NCBI RefSeq assembly: GCF_001194135.2
Contig: NC_068985.1
Coordinates: forward strand, 16,898,166-16,952,691
Length of the DNA: 54,526 nt
DNA from: Octopus bimaculoides
Lineage: Eukaryota
Reading direction: 5' to 3'
Shown here: piece by piece, positions 39,009 through 49,337 of the stretch
How the letters are laid out: each line of letters opens with the position of its first letter
Position numbering within the stretch: the stretch's first letter is position 1
The notes under the pieces: generated by a model
Database searches by the model: none
What the model saw: the letters and a program-made list of their open reading frames with translations, nothing else
What the model was told of the DNA's origin: nothing
Position numbers and translations under genes: made by a program

Positions 39009-42000
39009 CATGACAAGAAATAATTTTTGTTTCTTTTGATGGAAACAAAAGGGTTTATAGGACTACGAGAAAGAAGTGCTCAAATGTAATTGAGGCAGAG
39101 ATNNNNNNNNNNNNNNNNNNNNNNNNNNNNNNNNNNNNNNNNNNNNNNNNNNNNNNNNNNNNNNNNNNNNNNNNNNNNNNNNNNNNNNNNNNNNNNNNNN
39201 NNNNNNNNNNNNNNNNNNNNNNNNNNNNNNNNNNNNNNNNNNNNNNNNNNNNNNNNNNNNNNNNNNNNNNNNNNNNNNNNNNNNNNNNNNNNNNNNNNNN
39301 NNNNNNNNNNNNNNNNNNNNNNNNNNNNNNNNNNNNNNNNNNNNNNNNNNNNNNNNNNNNNNNNNNNNNNNNNNNNNNNNNNNNNNNNNNNNNNNNNNNN
39401 NNNNNNNNNNNNNNNNNNNNNNNNNNNNNNNNNNNNNNNNNNNNNNNNNNNNNNNNNNNNNNNNNNNNNNNNNNNNNNNNNNNNNNNNNNNNNNNNNNNN
39501 NNNNNNNNNNNNNNNNNNNNNNNNNNNNNNNNNNNNNNNNNNNNNNNNNNNNNNNNNNNNNNNNNNNNNNNNNNNNNNNNNNNNNNNNNNNNNNNNNNNN
39601 NNNNNNNNNNNNNNNNNNNNNNNNNNNNNNNNNNNNNNNNNNNNNNNNNNNNNNNNNNNNNNNNNNNNNNNNNNNNNNNNNNNNNNNNNNNNNNNNNNNN
39701 NNNNNNNNNNNNNNNNNNNNNNNNNNNNNNNNNNNNNNNNNNNNNNNNNNNNNNNNNNNNNNNNNNNNNNNNNNNNNNNNNNNNNNNNNNNNNNNNNNNN
39801 NNNNNNNNNNNNNNNNNNNNNNNNNNNNNNNNNNNNNNNNNNNNNNNNNNNNNNNNNNNNNNNNNNNNNNNNNNNNNNNNNNNNNNNNNNNNNNNNNNNN
39901 NNNNNNNNNNNNNNNNNNNNNNNNNNNNTATATATATACAGTGGGGGGAGATAAATATTCGTACATGGCAAAATTATTTATTTATTTAATTTCTAAGGAA
40001 CATAAATGGAATATACCAATACTATATTTGCATATACATACATAAACTAAGAATATGCAAAAGAAACTAATAAATTATAGTAACTAATGAATTTATATAC
40101 AATTATAAATATTTAGGGGTGAAAAAGGTATTCGTACAGAATAAATTTATGAGTTTCTATGTCACAAAATACTGTTAAAATTTTTTTTTTTTTACTAGAA
40201 CTTTCTCGTTTGTTCCAATAATCTTATCAGTGGTCATTTTTAAGTGTCAAAATGCTATCTTCTTCATTCAGCACTAAGACAACATAAAATAGCGTTGTAA
40301 TAATGGCGTAAAGTAAAGAACTCACAAATTCAGTGATGGTGGCGGTGGCGGTAACCGTAATGGCAGTAGAAGCAACAGTGATGTTTAGTCACTGGTCAGC
40401 TTTGACTAAGCAAGTCTTTGATCAAAAAGCATTCTAGCTATGACTGTCTGAAATTTTTTTCAGGCACTTGACTTTATTACCCAATGCATTTATCCTTTTT
40501 TAAGATGTTTAGGTTCTAATAATAATAAGATTTCGACTGCTGTTTCTAGACAGTTGAGTTACCACCTATATTTTATTTCATTTGCTTATGATATCTGAGT
40601 TGTTGTTGTTGTTGTTGCTGTCATTGTTCTCATCATTGTTTAGCTACAGATCAGCTTCAGGTAAACATATGATTCCGTCTTTTTGTATATATCAGTCAAC
40701 ATTTGCAATAGAAATATAAGTTAATGAAGTGGATATATATGCCAAAGTGGTAAACCTTATACACTGTGAGTCATCAAGAGTCTGTATGTGTTTGACCAAC
40801 TAGAAATAACAACCAAATCTCCCTCACATCAGACACTTCCATCTTAACCTTTAGCATACTGTAGGTGCATCATATCACTATGAGTTTTCTCCCTCTCAAT
40901 ACAACACAATGCACCTACATTTACAATTTGTATAGCAGCATGACGTGTCTAAGCATGCTAAAGGTTAAACAAAGAAGCTTCTATGTGGTTATTTGACTTT
41001 CCCAAAATAGCAGCCAAATCTTCCTCAAGCCTTAATATTTTAAAGAAAGGACACAGAGTCATATAATTGTAAATAGCCCTTAAAATAGGATGAATGACAC
41101 AAGTGGAAGGCTTTTAATTACAAGCTTGCTTCACAAAAGTTGTTCTAGAGCTAAACACAAACAGCTTAAAACATTTAGGTTTTTAAATATCTAAAACAAA
41201 GTTTAATTTACCTGGAATTGCATTATTTTCATATTTAAATACCTGACTCCAATAATATCCACCTTGTTTTTCCATCAGCAGTCTGATCTGATAACAGAAC
41301 AATATTTAACTGTTTTCAAATTTTGGCACAAGGTCAGCAATTTGTGGGGACGGGGGCAAGTCAAAGTGTTCAGCTAGTACTTATCGTATTGACCCCAAAA
41401 GAATGAAAGGCGAAGTCGACCTTGGTGGAATTAGAACTTCTGCCAATAGAAGAACAATATGTGTGAAATAAAAATTTAATACACATGGAGTCCCCTAGTA
41501 CAGTGCTATTCATAGTGGTGGTCCACAGACTAGTGCCGGTCCACGAGCCATCAGAGTGTTTCCAGAAGAGAAAGAAACATTATAAAATGCTTATAAAGTG
41601 TTTATGTAATATTGTATTATTTGTAAGTCGGCGAGCTGGTAGAAACGTTAGCACACTGGGTGAAATGCTTAGCGGTATTTCATCTGTCTTTATGTTCTGA
41701 GTTCAAATTCTGCTGAGGTCGACTTTGCCTTTCATCCTTTCGGGGTCAATAAATTAAGTACCAGTTGCATACTGGGATCGATCTAATCGACTGGCCCCAC
41801 TCCCCCAAATTTTCAGGCCTTGTGCCTAGAGTATTATTTGTTTATAGAATAAATATGATAAAAAAATTGTCAACTGTTATTGCATTCATTATGTATATTG
41901 TTTCCGATATAAATTAATATTACTGAGAAATATTACCAGTCCCTGGCACATTGGGTTAAAAAAAAAAAAACTGCCAGTCCGCCATATCAGATAGTTTGAG

Positions 42001-43562
42001 AAACACTGTCCAAGCAGACAGTTGATTCAAGGGAGATAATTATTTCTTCATACTATATTTGATGGGATTTAGAAATTAGAATTTGAAATTAAGGAATGAA
42101 GGAAAGATACAAAAAACACTCATTATTCTTTTATTCTTTTACTTGCTTCAGTTATTAGACTGTGGCCATGCTGGGGCAACGCTTTGAAGAATTTTAGTTT
42201 GAATGAATTGATTCCTGTACTTTTATTATTTTTTTTAAATCCTGGTTCTTATTCTATTGGTCTCTTTTGCCAACCCACTAAGTTATAGGTACGTAAACAC
42301 ACCAACATCAGTTGGGAACAAACAAAGACACAAAGACACACACGGACATAGATATATACATACATACATACATATATATNNNNNNNNNNCTAGAATGTTC
42401 AAGACCTTTCTAGAAGCTTCAGGATTACATGGAAGTCGGGGACTTCCGGTCTATCCCTTATATAAAGGAAGAAATTCTAAATTTGCGCCACTCTGTGTCT
42501 GTCTCGCCTTCGACTGGCATTGAGTCAAGCCGCTGCACTTTACACCCACTCGCGCACACATTCACCTTTCTTACTTGGAGACACGTGACTGCAAACAGAA
42601 CATATTCATATAATGTTATAAGCTTTCCTTCAATTAACCCTGTATGTTAACGCATTACCTCCAGTAATAAAAGTTATGACTTATTACAAGCGTCTCGTGA
42701 ATTCCTATTTTCTTTATGCTACAAACAAGATGGTGACCCCACTTTATCTCATACCGACTAAATTATAGTGTGTCATTAAGTCCATGTCATCACTATAAAA
42801 TGGATAACCCTGACATCACTACATATATATATTATCCAGAAAGTTTGTGCCAATTTTTAAAGGAAAGAAAAAGATCAACAAATACTTGCCATTACATTTG
42901 TAATCAACCAAATATGAACCATTTTGTTGCACAATGCGTCTCCATCTTTCCTTTAACTTAAAAATACCCTCTTCCCAGAATTGAGGTGGTTTCATGGCAA
43001 ATAAGTCAAAAGGTAAGCTACTATAAATTGGCACAAACTTTCTGGATAATATATATATGTAGTGATGTCAGGGTTATCCATTTTATAGTGATNNNNNNNN
43101 NNNNNNNNNNNNNNNNNNNNNNNNNNNNNNNNNNNNNNNNNNNNNNNNNNNNNNNNNNNNNNNNNNNNNNNNNNNNNNNNNNNNNNNNNNNNNNNNNNNN
43201 NNNNNNNNNNNNNNNNNNNNNNNNNNNNNNNNNNNNNNNNNNNNNNNNNNNNNNNNNNNNNNNNNNNNNNNNNNNNNNNNNNNNNNNNNNNNNNNNNNNN
43301 NNNNNNNNNNNNNNNNNNNNNNNNNNNNNNNNNNNNNNNNNNNNNNNNNNNNNNNNNNNNNNNNNNNNNNNNNNNNNNNNNNNNNNNNNNNNNNNNNNNN
43401 NNNNNNNNNNNNNNNNNNNNNNNNNNNNNNNNNNNNNNNNNNNNNNNNNNNNNNNNNNNNNNNNNNTAAATATATAGGGATTAGCAATTGAGTTGCTTCT
43501 CCAACATACTGAAAATTTTCAGTATGTTGGAGAAGCAACTCAATTGCTAATCCCTGTATATT

Positions 43563-43646
<84 letters not shown>

Positions 43647-46075
43647 GTATGTATGTATGTGTGTATGTATGTATGTATGTATATGCACACACACACACAC
43701 ACACACATACATGCATATCTGTTGTATAGGATGGCAGAACCAGCGTGTCAAGCAAAATACTTGGTGGTATTTGGTTATGTCTCTTATGTAGAGGTCAGCT
43801 TTGTTTTTCTTCCATATGTGGTTGCATAAAGGTTGATAGAATAAGTACCAGGCATCACACTAAAGCTCCTAAGATCAGTTAAAACTCTTGAAGATGCTGT
43901 TCCAGCATGCTCACAGACCATCAAGTGAAATCAGTTAAAATGCATGGGGTGGACAAACAGATACTAATTGCTTATGAATGTGAGTGTAAGAAAAATTACA
44001 CAGAAAAGAATAAAGGAAAAATGACTTACAGTAATTGTAAACTGTTCCGAAGAGTCAATAAAATCTGGTCTAAATTTGGCAATTGCTGTATGATTGTTCT
44101 AAAGAAATAAGAGAACCATTTTGTAAGAATGAGAAATATTTTATTATTATAAGAATATCATTTTGTAAAATATAAGAGTAACTTTTGTTTAGAGTATCAC
44201 TGATAGGTAATAAATTAAGAAACTTTTCATATACATACATACGTCGCCAGTACCCGCCTGAATGGCCCTTGTGCCGGTGGCACGTAAAAGCACCCACTAC
44301 ACTCTCAGAGTGGTTGGCGTTAGGAAGGGCATCCAGCTGTAGAAACTCTGCCAGATCAGATTGGTGCCTAGTGTCGCCTCTTGGTCCACCAGTCCTCAGT
44401 CAAATCGTCCAACCCATGCTAGCATGGAAAGCGGACGTTAAACGACGACGATGATGATGATGATGATACATACATACATACATACATACGTATGTGTGTG
44501 TGTATATGTGTGTGTGTATACATATATGTATGTGTGTATGTATACACACACACACATACATGCATATGCACACATATACAAATACATATATAGGATGTTC
44601 TCTAAAAAGTGCTGAATTTGAATTTGGCGACACTTTTGTGTTTTGAAGTTTGAAGACATGCTTTTATCATGTTTTCTATCTCTCTTCACTCTGATGAATT
44701 GTTTTTTGTTTGTTTTTCAGAATAGTGTGCCGTGTGCCATGGAGCAGTTTACAACTGAGCAGCGCATTCTCATTGTGAAGACAATTTTACCAAAACGGAG
44801 AAAGTGCGAAGTAAACAGCTCGAACACTTCGTACCATTTTGGGGGAGAAATGAAGCACCCAACGAATCTACGGTTCAAAGACTAATGATGAAGTTTAAAA
44901 CAACTGGTTCAGTTGCAGTGACCAAATTGCCTGAGCAGAATCGTTCTCGTCGGACAGAACAACAAATTGCTGTTGTGCAAAACAGTGTCACTCTGGGTCC
45001 AAGAAAATCGATTTGCTAATGTTTGCAGCTTTGGGCAACCTGACCACTTCATTACATCGAATTTTGCATAAAGATCTCCATATGCATGTGTACAAAATTC
45101 AACTTATGCAGCATATTCAGCCACCTGACTATGGGTTGTGGAGAGACTTGCAGCTGACAAAAATTTTGCAAAGGCCCACTTCCACTTGAGTGGATTTGTC
45201 AATAAACAGAACTGTCGCATTTGGGGAAATGAAAATCCTCAAATAATGCCAGAGTGTGAAATGCCCCCACTAAAAGTGACTGCTGGTGTGGTTTTTGGGA
45301 AGGTAGAGTTCTTGGAGCATTCTTTGAAAATGATGAAGGGAATGCAGTTACCATTAATGGAGAACGTTACTGAGACATGATATCCACTCAGTTATGGCTG
45401 AACTCTCTGAGAATCTGAGAAGACACCTAGTAAAGAGACAAGCAAGGGAAAGCAGTTAATGCATAGTAGCTAACTGCCCCATCAGTGACACAAATTTATG
45501 CCAACGAGTAAATGTTGTATATAGAATCCAATGTAACAAATGCAACAATGTCTATGTGGGTAGAACAATAAGACCATTACACATTCACATCAAAGAACAT
45601 CTAAACACGCGAGCCTCCTCCTTCAGAAAACATCAAAACAGATGCCAGACCACCGACAAAAGCATAACAGTCACAATTGAGGTCAATGGCTGAAATTTAG
45701 AGAATTTAAGAGTTAAGGAGATTGTCCTCATAGACAGACTAGGGCCCCAAATTAACAACAGGTTGGAAATTAACAATTAGTATATGATTTAACAACATCG
45801 ACACCCTGCACACTCATGTAACAAAACATTATATAAAAAAAAATTGCATGTACAATACATAACTTGGAAGCAGCACTGCGGATATGCTAACACACACATG
45901 CTCAAGACATGACTGCCCTCATGCACTTCTCATGAGGAATTCCAGACAAAGCTTCATGAGACCACTACAGGGATACTTCTGACAGATTTCAGTAACCATT
46001 GGAAAACCGACTATATCAGTGATTCCATTACTTCCTAGCCATTACTTACTTGTTGTGCCATTCCATACACATTAC

Positions 46076-46120
<45 letters not shown>

Positions 46121-47632
46121 GTTTCATGCAGGCATAGTGTGGATTCGATCCTTGATCGCCAAATTTCACTCAACAGTTCAGTACTTTTCTCATGGTAAAA
46201 CAATAGTTTTTCTGTGAGTGAACGCAGTTACATTTGCCAGATGCCTTTGTTAAGCAGAATAATGTCTTTGCCACTTAACCCTTCTAAGCTCTTCTAGGCC
46301 ACCAAAAGCTAGAATAGAGATAACAGACCACCTATGAAATTCATTGTTCTCAACAATATGTCTCTCCTTCTAACTAGTTTGGATAAATACTAAAACACTG
46401 TAGGTAAAAGGTAGTTGGCAAAAAGGAAATGACGCAGAGGCGACCACAGGCAAAATCCAGTGAGTGAGATAATTCAAGTGAGAGAAGGCTTACAGTGAGA
46501 ATGTCAACTATGATACAGTGTCTTATCACAACACCACAGCTGTTTAGATGTCAGGCACAATGAAGGTATCATTTTATCGACTTCCTACACTTAAACATTC
46601 ACTCTGTCTTCCTCTAATTCCTAGTTAGGCAGCTAGCAGTTGACCAAACATAACCAACAACAACATACAAGAAAAGATAACACTATTGTTTTTATTTGAT
46701 ACACACACCTGCCCGTCAAGGCATGTCATTATACAAAGTAACAGTAAATAAATATTTCCTTACAACTTTGATCACTGTTCTTCTTCCATCTTGCATACTG
46801 GCAACCAACACTTTAACAATAACCATTACAATTAGTGACTCTCGATTGCAACAAAGAATTAACCGTTACATATACATATGCATACATATTTCAAAATGCA
46901 ACCACATGTGAAGTCATGGGTGCTGTGTTGATTTTTAATTTTGTGAGCATATCCATGAGTGTTAGACATATAGAAGTCAAAAAGGTGCCCAACGTTGTTG
47001 TTGGAAAAATGATGGATGGTCGTGTGGTTGGCTGCCAAGTCATTTACCAGACGTTGGGGCTTTAATGTATCCATGTCCAGGAAAGCAAGAAGCTCAACGT
47101 ATGGTAGATGCCCGATGGCGGATATTCATCTGGTTGCACATTTCTGAACCAGATTCCAGGAGATTAATATGCCAAGCAAGATAGAGGTTCCAGGTGATGC
47201 AAACTCTAAGTATGGACATACTATAGTCATATACAGCTTTAAATAGACAGCTGGAGAGCAGCTTGATAAAGGAAGCATTTCCTCTCATCTATTATAACAT
47301 TTGTTTGATCAGTACCTTGAGGATAGAATTTAGTAGGCAGAAATTGTCTGGACATGAATAATCTAAGTTATCTTCCCTTATTGATCTCTTTATGGCTAGC
47401 AGGGCCACACCCAATGAATGAAACAAGCAAAAGAACATAGAATGAAGAAAACATTGTTATAATACAGTAAGAAGTCTTACCGCAGAAATTAGTAGAGATT
47501 TCACGACAGTTTGTCCTTCTTTCATCAGTTGTATCTTAACACAAACAACTTGTTCATTTAACTCAAGAACATGAAGTTCGAAGTTCTGATTGCAAGAAAT
47601 AACTTTCGCTTTGTGTGTCAAATTGATTATGT
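29418..47632 (-). CDS. IL17R: Interleukin-17 receptor-like gene (FnIII-like ectodomain, TM, SEFIR plus extension); spliced, 5' end incomplete
   Basis: Exons 47632-47481, 44098-44030, 41287-41212, 38593-38445, 36862-36785, 34699-34645, 33785-33705, 31730-31596 and 30349-29418 all have AG/GT boundaries and matching phases (1-0, 0-0, 0-1, 1-0, 0-0, 0-1, 1-1, 1-1, 1-stop). They give a stop-free ~575-aa product. Ectodomain NFELHVLELNEQVVCVKI...F..IDSSEQFTITI resembles IL-17RA D1 (ELSVLQLN..LCVRF...VDPDQEYEVTV, recalled from memory). TM is AIWILILVLILSLIICLFMIL followed by QRRK. Subtype (RA versus RD) cannot be assigned. Confidence 0.88.
31596..31730 (-). CDS. IL17R-like stalk plus transmembrane exon (VSFISTTSQPYFSTTHIQPLKGSSQGSAIWILILVLILSLIICLF)
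   Basis: Acceptor ttttcttttgatatattttag|TG and donor TTTA|gtaagt; 135 nt, phase 1-1; clear hydrophobic run. Confidence 0.9.
31778..31971. mobile_element. Tc1-type MITE just upstream of the TM exon acceptor
   Basis: TIRs cagggtaggtcaaaagt / acttttggcccaccctg, followed by TA. Confidence 0.7.
32384..32601 (-). mobile_element. SINE family C nested in family B (TSD agcttctta); other C copies at 6220-6412, 33370-33572, 38090-38300, 47870-48070 (-) and 41630-41830 (+)
   Basis: Direct repeats at 32375-32383 and 32602-32610; core cgaccccgaaaggatgaaaggcaaagttgacctcggcggaatttgaactcagaac. Confidence 0.85.
33705..33785 (-). CDS. IL17R-like membrane-proximal exon (CNWNTSSELQAKQNLCGDFEQETTLAP)
   Basis: Donor CCAG|gtgaga is strong. 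Acceptor ttttgtgtcaag|GT is weaker and completes a Cys codon. An alternative in-frame acceptor lies at 33764 (ttcttcag|AG). Confidence 0.75.
34645..34699 (-). CDS. IL17R-like ectodomain exon (VKPLQLNKPYLATFLRIP)
   Basis: Acceptor atgattgtttag|GTG and donor CCAT|gtaagt; 55 nt, phase 0-1. Confidence 0.82.
36215..36560 (+). mobile_element. 3' end of an RLE-type (restriction-like endonuclease; R4/NeSL/Hero-like) non-LTR element
   Basis: KEDTYGQLLQNLQLLY...FIPIIIGALG...KICKTFLKFQM*, followed by a short 3' UTR and an A-rich tail. Confidence 0.7.
36785..36862 (-). CDS. IL17R-like ectodomain exon (HHQTKKAQVFFNYSCFQECKRTYRVM)
   Basis: Acceptor ccttttttttctgaag|CAT and donor ATG|gtgagt; 78 nt, phase 0-0. 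Confidence 0.85.
38445..38593 (-). CDS. IL17R-like ectodomain exon (ECVSFHCKNEKEFLAISLSHLDKRTAKYNVSVTLKNDPLLITWCEQTFHM)
   Basis: Acceptor cttcctgtctcttgcag|AG and donor ATG|gtaaat; 149 nt, phase 1-0. Confidence 0.85.
40844..40968. mobile_element. 125-bp piggyBac-type MITE
   Basis: TTAA-CCTTTAGCAT ... ATGCTAAAGG-TTAA: perfect TIRs with TTAA target sites. Confidence 0.8.
41212..41287 (-). CDS. IL17R-like ectodomain exon (IRLLMEKQGGYYWSQVFKYENNAIP)
   Basis: Acceptor gttctgttatcag|ATC and donor CCAG|gtaaat; 76 nt, phase 0-1. Confidence 0.85.
42832..43049 (-). mobile_element. 218-bp mariner-derived MITE
   Basis: Perfect TIRs ttatccagaaagtttgtgccaattt flanked by TA; the interior encodes a mariner C-terminus (KPPQFWEEGIFKLKERWRRIVQQNGSY). 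Confidence 0.88.
43467..43564. repeat. 98-bp loop-less palindrome (one mismatch) at a contig edge
   Basis: agggattagcaattgagttgcttctccaacatactgaaaa|ttttcagtatgttggagaagcaactcaattgctaatccct; centre at 43515/43516. Confidence 0.95.
44030..44098 (-). CDS. IL17R-like ectodomain exon (NNHTAIAKFRPDFIDSSEQFTIT)
   Basis: Acceptor ctcttatttctttag|AAC and donor ACT|gtaagt; 69 nt, phase 0-0. Confidence 0.85.
44591..45400 (+). mobile_element. Degenerate Tc1/maT-like DNA transposon (5' two-thirds)
   Basis: MEQFTTEQRILIVK..., APNESTVQRLMMKFKTTGSV, RILHKDLHMHVYKIQL and AHFHLSGFVNKQNCRIWG.ENP. Confidence 0.82.
45490..45780 (+). mobile_element. Penelope-like GIY-YIG endonuclease fragment
   Basis: NVVYRIQCNKCNNVYVGRTIRPLHIHIKEH...KEIVLIDRLGPQINN. 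Confidence 0.78.
46900..47340 (-). mobile_element. CR1/L2-like LINE 3' fragment
   Basis: ILEFASPWN..HINLLESVQKCATR..HLPYVELLAFLDMDTLKPQRLVNDL...HGYAHKI (across frameshifts). Confidence 0.75.
47481..47632 (-). CDS. IL17R-like ectodomain exon (xIINLTHKAKVISCNQNFELHVLELNEQVVCVKIQLMKEGQTVVKSLLISA)
   Basis: Acceptor ttgttttttcag|AC and donor GCG|gtaaga; 152 nt, phase 1-0, open. Confidence 0.88.
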
Positions 47633-48269
47633 CTGAAAAAACAAAACAAAACAATTCTATAAAAGTACGTATAATATTTAGTTAGAATTTGGAAATATGT
47701 GTGTGTGTGTGTGTGTGTATGTGTGTGTGTGTGTATAGAACATATATTTTACACACACACACACACACGCACACACACGTACACACACACACACGTGCAC
47801 GTGTGCACGCACATGTATAAAACAACAAAAGTTACATCATCATCATCAACAAGAACAATAATGATAATAATTCTTTTTACTGTAGGCACACAGCCAGAAA
47901 TTTTGGGAGTCGATCATATCGACCCCAGTACTTGACTGCTACTTATTTTTAATCAACCCTCAAGAGATGAAAAGCCAATCAAGCTTGGTGGAATTTGAAC
48001 TCAGAACATAAAGCTGCAAGAAATGCTGCTAAGCATTTTGTCTAATATGCTAACGAGTCTACCAGTGCAACACCTTTCAATAATCCTTTCTACAATAGAC
48101 ACGAAGCTGACTTAACAATAATTATGATAATTCTTTCAAATATCTACTATAGTAATACTCTTGTGTATTTCTCCATCACAACATATGAATGAGAAAGGAA
48201 GGGGGTGATAGATGTATAAGGAAGGAAGGGGTGATGGCAAACTTGGTAGTGGGATGATAGAAGTTCTAT

Positions 48270-48345
48270 GGTAGAAAAAAATATCAAACAGCATTTCAAC
48301 TCTGCGTGAGTATATGTGTGTGTATGTAAAAGGGAAGTATGTGGA

Positions 48346-48382
<37 letters not shown>

Positions 48383-49170
48383 NNNNNNNNNNNNNNNNNN
48401 NNNNNNNNNNNNNNNNNNNNNNNNNNNNNNNNNNNNNNNNNNNNNNNNNNNNNNNNNNNNNNNNNNNNNNNNNNNNNNNNNNNNNNNNNNNNNNNNNNNN
48501 NNNNNNNNNNNNNNNNNNNNNNNNNNNNNNNNNNNNNNNNNNNNNNNNNNNNNNNNNNNNNNNNNNNNNNNNNNNNNNNNNNNNNNNNNNNNNNNNNNNN
48601 NNNNNNNNNNNNNNNNNNNNNNNNNNNNNNNNNNNNNNNNNNNNNNNNNNNNNNNNNNNNNNNNNNNNNNNNNNNNNNNNNNNNNNNNNNNNNNNNNNNN
48701 NNNNNNNNNNNNNNNNNNNNNNNNNNNNNNNNNNNNNNNNNNNNNNNNNNNNNNNNNNNNNNNNNNNNNNNNNNNNNNNNNNNNNNNNNNNNNNNNNNNN
48801 NNNNNNNNNNNNNTGTGTGTGTGTGTGTGTGTGTGTGTGTTTGTGCGTGTGTGTGTGCGTGTGTGTGTGTGTGTGTGTATGCAATGGAAGTGTGATGGTG
48901 AACATTCAATGCTGAAAAGAAAAATCAAACAGTGTTTCAACTCTGTGTGAGTATATGTGTGTGTGTGTAAAAGGGAGTTGTGTGAATGTTTGTGTGTGTG
49001 TGTGTGTCTGTGTGTGTGTGTGTGTCTGTGTGTGTGTGTGTGTGTGTGCAATGGAAGTGAGATGGTGAACATTCAAGGCTGAAAAGAAAAATCAAACAGT
49101 GCTTCAACTCTGCGTGAGTCTATGTGCGTATGTGTGTGCGTGTACAAGGGATGTATGTGGATGTTTGTAT
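48270..49170. repeat. ~170-bp tandem minisatellite with embedded (GT)n; at least 3 units, spanning a gap
   Basis: Unit gcaatggaagtg.gatggtgaacattcaa.gctgaaaagaaaaatcaaacagtg.ttcaactctg.gtgagt...aagggagttgtgtgaatgttt(gt)n at ~48880 and ~49047, with a partial unit at ~48280. Confidence 0.85.
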
Positions 49171-49208
49171 CTGTGATTATTATGTACGTTATTTTGTACC
49201 TCATTATA

Positions 49209-49337
49209 CAGGGTATCCATAAAAAGTCTGGGTACATAGGGATTAACACATACTTTAAGAAATTATTATTTCTTATATTTAATTGCTTATGTTATGATTT
49301 TATTTACTCCAGGTACCCAGACCTTGTGGACACCCTG
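49209..49337. mobile_element. 129-bp Tc1-type MITE
   Basis: TA-cagggtatccataaaaagtctgggtac ... gtacccagaccttgtggacaccctg-TA. Confidence 0.82.

Noticed and set aside
40194-40273. Candidate extra minus-strand exon (LNEEDSILTLKNDH*)
   Set aside because: It has an in-frame stop and a weak donor; exons 41212 and 38593 join in frame without it.
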